Assembly: GCA_964016885.1 (NCBI GenBank)
Contig: OZ024740.1
Location: forward strand, 57,598,001-57,662,000
Length of the DNA: 64,000 bases
Direction of reading: 5' to 3'
From: Eledone cirrhosa
Taxonomy: Eukaryota
The translations under genes and the position numbers were made by a program. The notes beneath the pieces are model-generated. The model saw only the letters and a program-made list of their open reading frames with translations, did no database searches and was not told where the DNA came from. Positions within the stretch are counted from its first letter, which is position 1; each line of letters starts with the position of its first letter. Positions 28,686 through 45,817 of this stretch are shown piece after piece.

Positions 28686-30031
28686 TTGCACATGCGGTAG
28701 GGGCCAGCATAAAACTAACCCTTAAGGAACATATGTTCAAATTTAATGGTAAAACATATGCCCAAGAGGAAGGAGCAGCCATTGGTGTTAGCATTGCAGG
28801 CGACATAGCTAACTTATTCATGGTATGGTGGGACAGTAGACTTAAACAAAAACTTAATGAACAATTAGAAGACAGCTTAACCCTGATAATGTACTCCCGC
28901 TACGTAGATGATATAAACATCGTAGTTAAGACACCCCCACTAGAGAACAGTCAGGAACTAGAGAAAAACACAATGGAAAGCATCCAGCAAATAGCAAACT
29001 CCATCCACCAGAGCATTAGAGTTACTATAGACTACCCAAGTAGACACCCCAACCATCGATTACCTGTACTAGACACAGAGCTCTGGTTAGATACTATTAA
29101 CAACCAAAAACAAATCCTCCATTCCCATTATGCCAAACCCATGACTTCCAAACATCTGATACACCGAAACTCGGCCATTTCGGACCATACCAAAATCAAC
29201 ATACTGATTGCGGATTTGGTACGGGTGATGAGAAATGTGTCCCGCATGTGCAACCCCGAAGAACTAGAGAGACACATACAACACTTCATCCACCGTATGC
29301 AGTTCTCTGGCTACAATCAGAGAGATAGAATCAGAGTGTATAAAGGAGCCAGAACCAAATGGGAAAAAATGGTAAATAATGACATAAATGGGACCTGCCC
29401 CTTGTATAGGAGCATATTTTGGAATAGAATAGAAAGAACTGAGAACAAGGCCAATAGAATAAACTCATGGTATGATAGCAATAAATACCAGAGTGTAATG
29501 TTCATCAATACAACCCCTAGAGGCGAACTAGCCTACAAATTTAGAAGGGCCCTAAAGAAACATAATCTCAATATTAAGATAGTAGAAAGACCTGGTACCT
29601 CCGTAAAAACACTTATTAGCAAGACATACCCGTTCCAAAGACCCTCATGTATAGATAAGAAATGCATAACCTGTAAAATAAGCCCCCATATTAACTGTAA
29701 AACTAGAAATGTAGTATATAGCATAAGATGTACTGAAGGACAATGTAGAAACAAAAATGTAGTGTACATAGGTGAGACAGCTCGTAGTATAGGGGAACGA
29801 ATAAATGAACACTGGCGAGACCTCCAAGATAGTAAAGAATCATCTGTGCTCTACCAACATGCTAAGATAGAACACAGGGGTAAATTAGAGAGCATAGAAA
29901 TAAAAATAGAATCCACACACAAGAAAGACGCAATGTTTAGGCAAATTACAGAGGCAGTAAGCATAAAAGAATTAAAACCAAAATTAAATAGAAAATATGA
30001 GTGGAACAGCAACATCACAACTTACAATTAA
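28686..30031 (+). CDS. PLE RT (partial) plus GIY-YIG endonuclease with CCHH motif
   Basis: FKFNG..Q..GAAIG, RYVDD, LPVLD, YAKP, CxxxxCxxC, VVY.IRC..C..YIGET.R..R..EH..H..H, EA..I...P.LN; open but lacks its N-terminus. Confidence 0.88.
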
Positions 30032-30261
30032 GGACAAAATGAAAACACACACACACATAGAACAAACAACCAACCAACAATAAATAAATAAATAAACAAA
30101 CAAATAGAAAAATATAAATAGAAAAATAGAAAAATGAACACAAACACACACACAGACACCCGGATGTGGCGCATGCGCAAACTGAGCACGCAACCCACAC
30201 ACAAACAAAATGGCGTAGGATAGAAGAAAGGAAAGGCACAGAAACGAAGAAAGAAATCCCC

Positions 30262-30306
30262 AGTCACTGAAGAGGTCACAGAGTGTGTGACGAAAGAACT
30301 ATGACT
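30262..30306 (+). ncRNA. Minimal type I hammerhead ribozyme in PLE 3' pLTR
   Basis: agtca-CTGAAGA-g-gtcaca-gagtg-tgtgac-GAAA-gaa-CTA-tgact; predicted cleavage after 30301. Confidence 0.88.
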
Positions 30307-30465
30307 ATATATATATAAACAACTATCTGGTTGTGGAACCAACCAACCAACCAGAAATTTATAAATTTATAAATTTGTAAACTTATAAATATTTAATAAA
30401 TTAAATTGAAGTGAAAGCAACTGGTGCGTGTGTTTCTTATTGGCAACATGACCCTCCCAAAGTAT

Positions 30466-34523
<4,058 letters not shown>

Positions 34524-36318
34524 CAGGTCATGAAGGTCACGGAAAAAGTAATAGCGCAACTAATCAGAGAGAGAATTGACCTAGATGAAATGCAGTTCGG
34601 GTTTGTGTCAGGCAAAAGTACCACAGACGCTCTTTTCATAGTACGACAACTACAGGAGAAGTACCTAGCTAAAGGTAAACCCCTCTACTTAGCTTTTGTC
34701 GACTTGGAGAAAGCCTTCGACAGAGTCCCCCCGCTCCATTATCTGGTGGGCTCTTAGAAAACTAGGCGTTGACGAATGGCTTGTGAGGGCTATACAAGCC
34801 ATGTATAAAGAAACAGTCAGCAAGGTTAGAATTAACAACGAATATAGTGAAGAGTTTAGCGTAAAAGTTGGCGTCCATCAGGGCTCTGTTCTCAGTCCAC
34901 TACTATTTATTATTGCCCTTCAGGCTATAACAGAGGAGTTCAAGACAGGCTGCCCATGGGAACTCCTATACGCAGACGACCTGACACTCATAGCGGAATC
35001 AATGGCCGAGCTAGAGAAGAAATTCCAAACATGGAAGCACGGCCTAGAGTCAAAAGGACTTAAAATTAACCTGGCTAAGACCAAAGTACTAGTTTGTAGG
35101 AAAGAAAACAAGGCGGCGGTCCCTTCTGGGAAATGGTCGTGCTCGGTGTGTAGGAAAGGCGTAGGTAGAAACTCCATTTTATGTCCTAAATGCAAAGTAT
35201 GGGTGCATAAAAGATGTAGTGGGATCACAGGTAAGCTAACTAAGAACATAGATTTTACATGTGGCCGGTGCTCTGGTGCAATAAGTAGCAGCAAGTGCCC
35301 ACAAACTACTAGCTCTTTCAATTGCGCAGAGGGTTCTATAGAAATAGTGGACAGCTTCCGTTACCTGGGCGATAAAATCAGCAGTGGGGGAGGGTGCTCT
35401 GAAAGTACTGTAGCTAGAGTCAGAACTGGTTGGAAAAAGTTCAGAGAGCTTATACCACTATTAGCTGCTAAAGGGTTCTCACTAAAAATGAAAGGCAGGT
35501 TGTACGATGCCTGCATACGAACAGCAATGCTGCATGGCAGTGAGACCTGGGCATTGTGTGCAGAGGATATACGCAGACTAGAGAGGAACGAAGCTTGCAT
35601 GCTCCGCTGGATGTGTAACAGTAATATACGTGAACGGCAAAGCATAAACGAACTAAGGAAAAAATTAGAGATAAGAGGGATCAGATGTTGTTTACTCGAG
35701 AGAAGGCTACGTTGGTATGGACACGTGATGCGCATGAAAGTCGATAGCTGTATAACAAAGTGCAGGGCAATAAAGATAGACGGTAGTCACGGAATAGGCA
35801 GACCTAGAAAAACCTGGGATGAGCTGATAAACTCCGACATCACACACTTACACCTCTCCAAGACAATGTCACTGGACCGAGACCTTTGGCGGTACTCAGT
35901 AACAGAGAAGACCCGCCTTACCTAAATATATAGTAAAACCTACTCCAGCCAGTAGGCATCTCTAACAAAATACACCCCGTCCCACCACCACCACCCCCAC
36001 CCGATCCACACCACCCCGTTCTATGTAAAGTTATGTTGGTGCCGCGCCATCGAGGCCGAAACAAATGAGATCGTGTAGGTGTCACGACAAAAAAACACAC
36101 AGTCCACGCTGTAATGTGGCCGTGTAGGCAACACGGTAAAAACCTCCCAGACCCACACTGTAAATGTGGTTGGTGTTAGGAAGGGCATCCAACTGTAGAA
36201 AACCTGCCAGACAGTCCTATGCGAGCAAGACAATCACTCTTGCCTCAAGTGGGACTACCCCCGTCCAAACCCATGCAAGCGTGGAACACGGACGTTAAAC
36301 GTTGATGATGATGATGAT
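34524..36318 (+). mobile_element. 5'-truncated RTE subfamily A
   Basis: RT from QVMKVTEK; +1 frameshift in the C run at ~34727-34732; ORF to 35925; (GAT)n tail. Confidence 0.95.
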
Positions 36319-36325
36319 ATATATG

Positions 36326-36460
<135 letters not shown>

Positions 36461-36471
36461 ATATATATTTA

Positions 36472-36622
<151 letters not shown>

Positions 36623-36682
36623 ATATTATATATATATATATATATATCTTTAAAAGAATAGAGGTATAACACACGAGTTGTG

Positions 36683-36874
36683 ATATATTGGTAAAAGGAA
36701 AAGAAAATGCTAACAAATTGTTCCCAGTGAAAAATAGTTTAATTACGAATAAGTAAAAATTAGTTATAAGTATTGGTTAGTATTCAGAACCAATACTTAT
36801 TACTAATTTTTACTTATTTCTAATTCAACTATTTTTCACTGGGAACAATTTGTCAGCATTTTCTTTTCCTTTTA

Positions 36875-36880
<6 letters not shown>
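36683..36880. mobile_element. TA-flanked fold-back palindrome (~95-bp arms, ~8-nt loop)
   Basis: attggtaaaaggaaaagaaaatgct..aagtattggtt / aaccaatactt..agcattttcttttccttttaccaat. Confidence 0.85.
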
Positions 36881-36912
<32 letters not shown>

Positions 36913-37319
36913 TTGAAAGGATAACAAAGGATGTGATGATATGATCGTGGTTATGGTAACTTACTGGGATGGGCTGTGGTATAAGGCCAGTGGATTGTCG
37001 GTAGACGGGTTGGCGTGTGTGGGGATGTGGTTGTGGTGTTGTTGTTTATGGTAGTGGCGTTTGTGGTGGTGTGGTGGATGTGTTGGTTGTGTCAAGTCCT
37101 TACGGAGATACATAGCTAGACGCTCTTCGTCTGACAAATACGTTGTATATATGTATACACACACACATATGTATATATGCGCACATATATTGATGTATAA
37201 ACACACACAAAACACATATACGCACACCCTCGCCCACACATATCGACACGCGCACACACAGTCATATGTATATATAAACACATGTATGTGCATGCGCGCA
37301 TGCAGACACAAATATGGAG

Positions 37320-38773
37320 AGTGGCTTATACCGGGATGATGCCCTACTATTGACCCATGGACTTAATAATAGCCAATTAAATAGACTACACAAACGACTT
37401 AGGTACATCTTTAAGACCCAAGGTTTAGCAGTAGAAATTGAATCTAACAATAGGACAGTAAACTTTTTAGATGTCACCCTAGAATTAGACTCAGGCCTCT
37501 ACCGTCCATACCACAAACCTAATGAAAATCTTAAATATGTCAATAGACACTCCAACCACCCTAGGAGCATAATTAACTCAATAGTTAAAAGTGTCTCCAA
37601 CAGAGTGTCCACACTGTCGGCTAATGAAAACATCTTCAAGCAGCACGCGGAATAGTACAACTCCGCACTTATAAACGCTGGTTATACTGAGAAGATTTCT
37701 TACATCGACCCAAATAGAACCGTCACGCCGCTAAACGTAACCGGACCCTTAGAAACGAACATAGAAGAAACCTCCACACCTAGGACACACAATAACCTAA
37801 GACCCTCCATAGCCGGCAGCGCAGACAGCACCACACATAACTGTCTAGGAGATAAAGCCATACTCTCCAGCCCCAATAACAAGGGACATAACGCCAATAG
37901 ATTACCTGGAACCTATATGAAACATACGCCTGACCAAAACACACACAAACTACCACCTAATCACAAAAACCTCACTAAACACCGCAGAAACCGAAGTAGA
38001 CTTGTCACATGGTATAACGCCCCGTATTCTATACATGTCGCCACTAACATACCGGTAACCTTCTTCAGGGCTCTCGAACAATCTTTTCCATGCACACACA
38101 AATACCACAAGCTCTTCAATAGACACACCGTAAAATTCTCTTTCTCCACAGCACCAAATCTAGGCCACACAATAGCACACATTAATAGGGCAAAAATACG
38201 AAAACACATGGTTTCCCCACAACCCAGAACGAAACCACACACACAACACAACAACCCACACACCAGACCCACACCGCATGACACCAACCGCCGACGTGCC
38301 ACCACACTGGTTACACCCAACTGCAACTGCAAAAACAGGCCGAATGCCCACTAAATGGGGAGTGCCTCGTTAAGAATATTGTTTACCGGTGTGATGTCAC
38401 AGCCGGCAATAAGGAGTACTCATATATAGGTGCGACATCCACTACGTTTAAGGAGCACTGGTATAACCACAGAAGTTCCTTCAAACATAGACTGAAACGA
38501 CCCCAAACCAGACTGGCCGACTTGATCTGGGACCTCAAGGACAGGAATATTGAACCCCAGATTTCGTGGTCAGTGAAAAGATGCGTGGCACAAATCCCCA
38601 GGGACAGAAACCACTGCAGATTATGCCTGGCTGAGGCGGCGGAAATAATTAAATTTAAATCCGCCATAAACTATAGGTCGGACATAATTGTCAATTGCAG
38701 ACACACCAGGCTGAACACCTTTTCCGCACAAACATTCGGGGGAGAGCCACGCTCTAACCATGACCCACCATAA
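37320..38773 (+). pseudogene. PLE RT-GIY-YIG pseudogene
   Basis: GLYRDDAL, NFLDVTL, SNHP, WYNAPY, CNCK..CPLNGEC, NIVY..YIG, CRLC; stops at 37653 and ~37858, frameshift at ~38343. Confidence 0.9.
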
Positions 38774-39077
38774 TAATAACCACCTCTGCCCCGTATCACC
38801 ATCGCCCATCTCAACGAATTTATTAATTTTATTTTACTTTATCTTATTTTATTGTATTGCATGTAACTATCTGTAAGCCCGTATTTTGTATATCATGCCG
38901 CATACATCACCCCCACCAAAAATCACACTAACCATGACCCAGCATAATAATAACCACCTCTGCCCCGTCTCACCATCGCCAATCTCAGTGAACTTATTTT
39001 ATTGTACTGCATGTAACCATTTCTAAGCCCGTATTTTGTATATCATGCTGCATACATCACCCCCACCAAAAATCACA
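38753..39077 (+). repeat. Tandem duplication (~150-175 bp x2) starting at the PLE stop-codon region
   Basis: ctaaccatgaccca.cataataataaccacctctgcccc..ccccaccaaaaatcaca occurs twice. Confidence 0.9.
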
Positions 39078-40054
39078 TCACCATACACCCCTCATCCTTG
39101 CAACATTGTGTTCGATCGGTCTCCTATGATAGGTTTTACCTTACAATCCATAGTAACATGGGATCTTGTAAATACAATGTTGATCATATCACACCATCGT
39201 CACCACCACCCCACCACACATCGTCATATGTCTACCATACACACCCGCAACCTTATCCCCCCATGTCCCCTCTGTCTACCCTAACCTACAATCCCACGCT
39301 AAATTCGACCCTGTAAATATACTGTCGCACGCACACACAACCACCGCTAGATACATCCACATTCTTCAACAATCATTAACATCATTAACATCATCAACAC
39401 ATATCATCCCTCACTCCCAGATCGACTGCCTTACCCTGTAACACACCGTAACTTCTGATCATGTAATCATTTTGTCGAACATATCACCCCAGCACCACCA
39501 CCACCACCATGACCACAACACACATCGCCATACGTCCATAAACTATTCTCCCCCGCGTTCCCTATGTCACCTTTTAACCCATCGCACTATTCGATCCTGT
39601 ATATTTTTGTCACTCACAACTCCACCACCACCACAAGACACAACTCCATACTTCATCAACACCGCCAACACATACCTCCACTTCCAAAGCAACGCAAGTG
39701 TGTGTGTCTGTGTGTAAGTATTTTTTACATATACGGGTGTATAAATATGCGTGCATGTACGCATATATATATATATATATATGTGTGCATATATATGTAT
39801 GTATATGTATATATATCTACATATATGTATATAGGTGAATCTGTGTGTATGTGTATGTGTGCGCATATATGTGCATGTATGTGTATGTGTGTGTGTGTCT
39901 GTGTATGTGTGTGTATATATATGTGTGTGTATACGTGTGTGTGTGTATGTGTATGTTTTGTATACATGTGTGTGCGTGTATATGCCCATATCCGTATGAG
40001 TGTATGTATGTGTATGTATATATGTATAACACCTTCTCCATAGCCTCTCACCTT

Positions 40055-40693
40055 CACATAGCCAGTGACAAATTTAAAAGCTTATTACTTGATGCCTTTG
40101 ACAATAAGGAAGAGCAATTAGAGACGTGCAATATAGAGGAACAATGACAATTCTTGAAAGTGAACCTGCTGAAAGCAACGGATGAAATCTGTGGCTGGAG
40201 CAGACCTATTGACAGGAGGAGAGTAACTTGGTGGTGGAACAGTAAGGTGGAAGAGACAATCAAGGCCAAAAAGCAGGCTTGGAAAGTATGGCAGGATGGA
40301 GGAAGTAGAGAGCACTATCAAGTGGCCAGGAGAGAAGCTAGGAGACAAGTGTACCTTGCAAAAAGGGTAGCAAAGGATAGAAAGTTCAAGCATGTTCTGC
40401 AATATGAGGACCAAAAACGTGAGGTGTTCAGGATTGCTAGACAATGTGTCAAGGAAAACCGTGATATTGTCAGGGAGAAGTGTGTCCGTAATGATAATGG
40501 TGTACTTGCGCTCACTGATACTGATAACAAAATAGCTTGGAAGTGTCACTACGAGAGACTATTAAATGAGAATAAATGGGAAAAAGATAGTCTGCCCCAA
40601 ATCGATCCAATAGAAGGACCAGCAGTGCAAGTTAAAGGTAGTATAATAAGTAAGGCAATCAAAGATATGAAGACAGGCAAGGCAGCTGGGCCT
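40055..40693 (+). mobile_element. Internal RTE fragment (endonuclease-RT linker)
   Basis: [24 protein letters not shown]. Confidence 0.9.
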
Positions 40694-40975
40694 GACTGCA
40701 ACCCCCTCGACTTCTTTGTGTGAGGCGCAGTGGAACAAGACACCAACAGATCTAGCTGCAATACGAAAGACAATCTGAAGGCCAGGATCACAAATGCCTT
40801 TAGGGGCCTAAGTCGGGGGACAGTGATGAAGGCCTGTAGCCGGTTCCGAGTGAGAATGAAAGAACAAGTCATGAAGACAAACTGACCCAAGTTTGATAAA
40901 TATATCTTAAAAAATAAAACTACTGTGTTATTTTGACCTAGACAATAATCTTGTGAACAAATATCGTCCGCACCC

Positions 40976-40977
<2 letters not shown>
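40691..40977 (+). mobile_element. 3' part of maT transposon with right TIR
   Basis: Matches 54244-54565 with an internal deletion; ends gaacaaatatcgtccgcaccctg. Confidence 0.92.
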
Positions 40978-41025
<48 letters not shown>

Positions 41026-41157
41026 CACATCGGTTCGGGATACATTTACAGCTGACGATGGAAACTCCTTTCTTCCTTTCTCCTCCTGTTCCGTCCTAAC
41101 CACCATCCTAAACCTTGTTCTTAGTAACCGCACAGCTCCTTTCGTTTCATAACTTTT

Positions 41158-41196
<39 letters not shown>

Positions 41197-41198
41197 AC

Positions 41199-41236
<38 letters not shown>

Positions 41237-41400
41237 TTATACATATACATATATGTATGTATACATATATATATATATGTATGTATACATATATATATAT
41301 ATATATATATGTATGTATACATATATATATATATATATGTATGTATACATATATATATATATATATGTATGTATACATATATATATATATATATGTATGT

Positions 41401-41442
<42 letters not shown>

Positions 41443-41554
41443 ACATATATATATATATATATATGTATACATATATATATATATACATACATATATATAT
41501 GTGTATGTATACATATATATATATGTATACATACATATATATATATATGTATGT

Positions 41555-41586
<32 letters not shown>

Positions 41587-41617
41587 GTATGTCTACATAT
41601 ACATATATATATATATA

Positions 41618-44600
41618 CATCATCATCATCACCGTTTTACGTCCGTTCTTCCACGCTAGCATGGGTTAGACGGGTTGTCCTGTTGTGGGCAGTGTCTGGT
41701 CGGCTGACCATGCCTTGCTCATACAGGAACTGATTTGGCTTGGTTTCTACAGCTGGATGCCCTTCCTAACACCAACCTCATTTACAGTGAGTGCTGGGTA
41801 CTTTTTTCGTGGCGCCTACACATCCACTTTACAGTGTGGGCTGGGTGCTTTTTTTCCGTGGCACCTCCACGACCACCTTGCGGTGGGGGGTGTGGGGGCA
41901 TATTGTTTATATGCTTCAGCATGTACCCATGGGAGGTCGGGTACTCTGTATTACTGCGTGACGCCAGAAGTCACGGTCGTGTGTCATTGTCTTTGAGAGG
42001 TGTAATTGGGTAAGGTCGGCTTTTATCACCTCATCCCAGGTCATCTTGGGTCTCCCCACTCCGCGGTTTCCATCAACTTCTAGTGCTCTGCACCTTTTTA
42101 TGCAGCTGTCATCCTTCATACGCATCACATGTCCATACCAGCGCAACCGCCTCTCCTGCACACAGCATTTGATTCCTCTTATGCTCAGTCTCTCTCTCAA
42201 TTCATTTATGCTTTGTCGTTCACGTATATTACTGTTACACATCCATCGGAGCATGCAGGTTTCGTTTCTCTCTAATCTACGTAAGTCTTCCACCTTCAGC
42301 GCCCAGGTCTCACTACCATGCAACATCGCTGTTTGGATACACGCATCATACAGTCTGCCTTTCATTCTGAGGGAGAAGCCTTTTGCAGCTAGCAGTGGTA
42401 GTAGTTCCCTAAACTTCTTCCATCCCGTTCTTACCCTAGTTATTGTACTTTCTGAACACCCACCTCCGTTGCTAATTCGGTCACCTAGGTAGCAAAAGCT
42501 GTCTACTGTTTCTACAGGGCCCTCCCAGAGATTGGTGGTACTTGTTTCCTGTGGCTGTTTGCTGCTTGCTGTTTCAGCACAGCTGCTGCATGTGAATCCT
42601 ACATTCTTAATTAAGCTTCCTGAGATCCCGCTACATCTCTTGTGTACCCATTGTTTGCATTTGGGGCAGAGAATGGAGTTCCTACCTACACCTTTCCTAC
42701 ATACTGAGCAAGGCCATTTCCCTGAGGGGATCTGGGTTCTGTTTTCTCGTCTACTTACAAGGACCTTAGTCTTTGTCATGTTGACTTTGAGACCCTTTCT
42801 TTCTAGTCCCTGCTTCCAGGTTTGGAATTTATTCTCTAGTTCTACCATAGATTCAGCTATGAGTGCGAGGTCATCAGCATACAGGAGTTCCCATGGGCAT
42901 CCGGTCTTAAACTCCTCCGTTATTGCCTGCAGGACTATGATGAACAGGAGAGGGCTAAGAACAGAGCCCTGGTGGACCCCAACCTGTACGCTAAATTCCT
43001 CGCTATACTCATTGCTAATCCTAACTTTGCTGACTGCTCCCCTATACATGGCTTGTACTGCTTTCACAAGCCATTCATCTACTCCTAGTTTTCTAAGAGC
43101 CCACCAGATTACAGCGCGTGGAACTCTGTCAAAGGCTTTCTCAAGGTCGACAAATGCCAAGTAGAGTGGCTTACTTTTAGCTAGGTACTTTTCCTGTAAT
43201 TGCCTCACAAGGAAGAGGGCATCAGTGGTGCCTCTTCCTGGTACAAACCCAAATTGCATCTCGTCTATTTTTACCCGGTCCCTAATCAGCTGTGCTATAA
43301 CTCTTTCTGTTACTTTCATGACCTGGTCCATCAACTTTATACTTCTATAGTTTCCTCTATCTAGTGCATCGCCTTTACCTTTATAGCAGTTGACAATGAT
43401 GCTACTGCACCAATCTTTTGGTATGGCCCCTTCTAGTATTACCTGGTTAACGATACGTGTGGTTATAGTGTGACCTACAGACCCAGATGCCTTCAGCATC
43501 TCGGCAGCTATACCCGATGGACTGGTTGCCTTCCCCATCTTCATATCTCTGATTGCCTTACTTACTACGCTGCCGCTGACTTGTACTGCTGATCCCTCTA
43601 TAGGGTCTACTCGGGGTAGGGTCTCTTCTTCCCATGCATTCTCCTCATTTAGTAATCTATCATAATGACTCTTCCATGCATCTTTCTTCTCAGCACTTGT
43701 GAGGGCAAGCTTACCTTTATCATTCCGGATACACTTCTCTCCAATGACATCACAACTATCTCTGACACACTGCCTCGCAATCTTGAATACCTCCTGTTTC
43801 TGGTCCTCACGTTGTAAAACATGCTTGAATTTTCTATCCTCTGCTTCCCTCCTAGCTAAGTATACTTGTCGCCTAGCTTCCCTCTTGGTCTCTATGTAAT
43901 GTACCCTGCTCCCCCCGTTCTTCCATTCTTTCCATGCCTGTCTCTTGGCCTTGACTGCTTCATCTACCTTATTGTTCCACCACCAAGTCACTCTCCTCCT
44001 GCTTGAGGTCTTACTCCAGCCACAGACCTCGTCCGTCGCCTCTAGTAAATTATTTTTTAGGAACTCCCAGTTCTCTTCTACATTAAATGTCTCTATCTGT
44101 TCTTCTTTACTGTCGTAGGCGTTGAGTAAAATATCTTTAAATCTGTTACTGGTTGAGGGGACTTTCAGCTTCCAGATCTTTCTTCTCCAGGTTGGCCTCT
44201 GTTTCAGGGCTCGTCTAGTTCTGACCGCGAGGTCGCTGACAACTAAGCTATGTTGGGATGTACATTCCTCACTAGGGAAGGCTTTTGTGTTTACGACCGT
44301 CCATCTGTCACGTCCTCTGACGAGGATAAAATCTAACTGACTAGAGTGCTCCCCTGATCTATAGGTGATCAGGTGGTTGTCGGGTTTTTAAAGTTTGTGT
44401 TACATATTGACATGTCATTGGCGTCGCAGAATTCTAGAAGTCTGAATCCTTCCTCATTCCTTGTGCCAACTCCATGGCCTCCATGTACTCTATTGAAGCC
44501 GTCGCAGTGTTTACCTACGTGTCCGTTAAAATCTCCTGCAATGATTAGGAAGTCCTTGTTGTCTGTTAGAGCAGTAGTGTGTATTAGGGACTCGTAAAAC

Positions 44601-44700
44601 CTATCCTTAAGTTCGTCTGGCAGCCCCGATTGGGATGCATAAGCTGATATTATTGTGGTAATTGTCTTATTCAGGACTAGTCTGAGGTTAATGATTCTTG
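41618..44700 (-). mobile_element. 5'-truncated RTE subfamily B
   Basis: APE remnant (GDFNGHVG), 691-aa RT ORF at 41916-43991, distinct 3' UTR, (GAT)n tail. Confidence 0.95.
41916..43991 (-). CDS. RTE-B ORF2, RT portion with PHD-like insertion
   Basis: Complete RT motifs with YADD; upstream endonuclease portion disrupted and truncated. Confidence 0.8.
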   Translation of the reverse strand: MTWWWNNKVDEAVKAKRQAWKEWKNGGSRVHYIETKREARRQVYLARREAEDRKFKHVLQREDQKQEVFKIARQCVRDSCDVIGEKCIRNDKGKLALTSAEKKDAWKSHYDRLLNEENAWEEETLPRVDPIEGSAVQVSGSVVSKAIRDMKMGKATSPSGIAAEMLKASGSVGHTITTRIVNQVILEGAIPKDWCSSIIVNCYKGKGDALDRGNYRSIKLMDQVMKVTERVIAQLIRDRVKIDEMQFGFVPGRGTTDALFLVRQLQEKYLAKSKPLYLAFVDLEKAFDRVPRAVIWWALRKLGVDEWLVKAVQAMYRGAVSKVRISNEYSEEFSVQVGVHQGSVLSPLLFIIVLQAITEEFKTGCPWELLYADDLALIAESMVELENKFQTWKQGLERKGLKVNMTKTKVLVSRRENRTQIPSGKWPCSVCRKGVGRNSILCPKCKQWVHKRCSGISGSLIKNVGFTCSSCAETASSKQPQETSTTNLWEGPVETVDSFCYLGDRISNGGGCSESTITRVRTGWKKFRELLPLLAAKGFSLRMKGRLYDACIQTAMLHGSETWALKVEDLRRLERNETCMLRWMCNSNIRERQSINELRERLSIRGIKCCVQERRLRWYGHVMRMKDDSCIKRCRALEVDGNRGVGRPKMTWDEVIKADLTQLHLSKTMTHDRDFWRHAVIQSTRPPMGTC

Positions 44701-44831
44701 CATACATATACATATATATATATATACATACATATATATATATATATATATACATACATATATATATATACATACATATACATATATATATATATATATA
44801 CATACATATATATATATATACATACATATAC

Positions 44832-44865
<34 letters not shown>

Positions 44866-44907
44866 ATATATATATACATACATATATATATATATACATA
44901 CATATAC

Positions 44908-44940
<33 letters not shown>

Positions 44941-45274
44941 CATACATATACATATATATATATATATACATATACATACATATACATATATATATATAAA
45001 CACACATATACATATATATATATACATACATATACATATATATATATACATACATATACATATATATATATATACATACATATACATATATACATACATA
45101 TACATATATATATATATACATACATATACATATATATATATACATACATATACGCAAGCATGGAACATGGACATTAAACGATGATGATGATGATGATACA
45201 TATACATACATATATATATATATACATACATATACATACATATACATACATACATATACATATATATATATACA

Positions 45275-45305
<31 letters not shown>

Positions 45306-45311
45306 ATATAC

Positions 45312-45352
<41 letters not shown>

Positions 45353-45362
45353 GTATGTGTAT

Positions 45363-45790
45363 ATTGTTAATAACTCCCTCTGGTCGAGCAATCTTTGAGG
45401 TGTGGGGACAGCTGGAAAGCTTCCATTACTCATACTTCTCGCCTTCTTCACCACTTCTTCTACGGCCTCGATATAAATACCCCCTCCGCCTCCGTGGTAT
45501 TTTCTTCGGGGTTATAAGAGGCTTAGCTCTGTTTCTCGACCGTTATATCACGTGACTATCTCCCCCTCCGCCTTTTGGGATTCTTTCTCACGTCGTGTAG
45601 ACGCGCTCTTGAGACTAGTAAAATGAGGTATCCTCTTGATAAGTCGGCAGACCTCGCAAGGACTCTATATCTTTATGATATATTGTTTTTGTTTATGCCA
45701 CGAAACTACGTAGTCGAGGAATTTAGGAGCAGTTTAGGTATGATACATTTTATTACTAATTATATCTAAATGTTTCTTCTCTCTTCATAA
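45363..45790 (+). mobile_element. TA-flanked 430-bp non-coding insert with an HHR (pLTR- or retrozyme-like)
   Basis: Unique sequence between (TA)n tracts containing the HHR at 45631-45720. Confidence 0.75.
45631..45720 (+). ncRNA. Type I hammerhead ribozyme, U3:A8 variant, long stem II
   Basis: tcctc-TTGATAA-gt(c)ggca..tgccac-GAAA-ctacgta-GTC-gagga; palindromic ACTACGTAGT stem III. Confidence 0.85.
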
Positions 45791-45817
45791 TATATATATA
45801 TATATGTATATATATAT

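Larger units (their letters stand above)
36913..40025 (+). mobile_element. Degenerate 5'-truncated PLE (Hydra-clade-like) with probable inverted upstream segment
   Basis: RT/GIY-YIG remnants at 37320-38773; CA-rich 3' UTR; 36913-37310 has the mirror-image composition. Confidence 0.8.
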
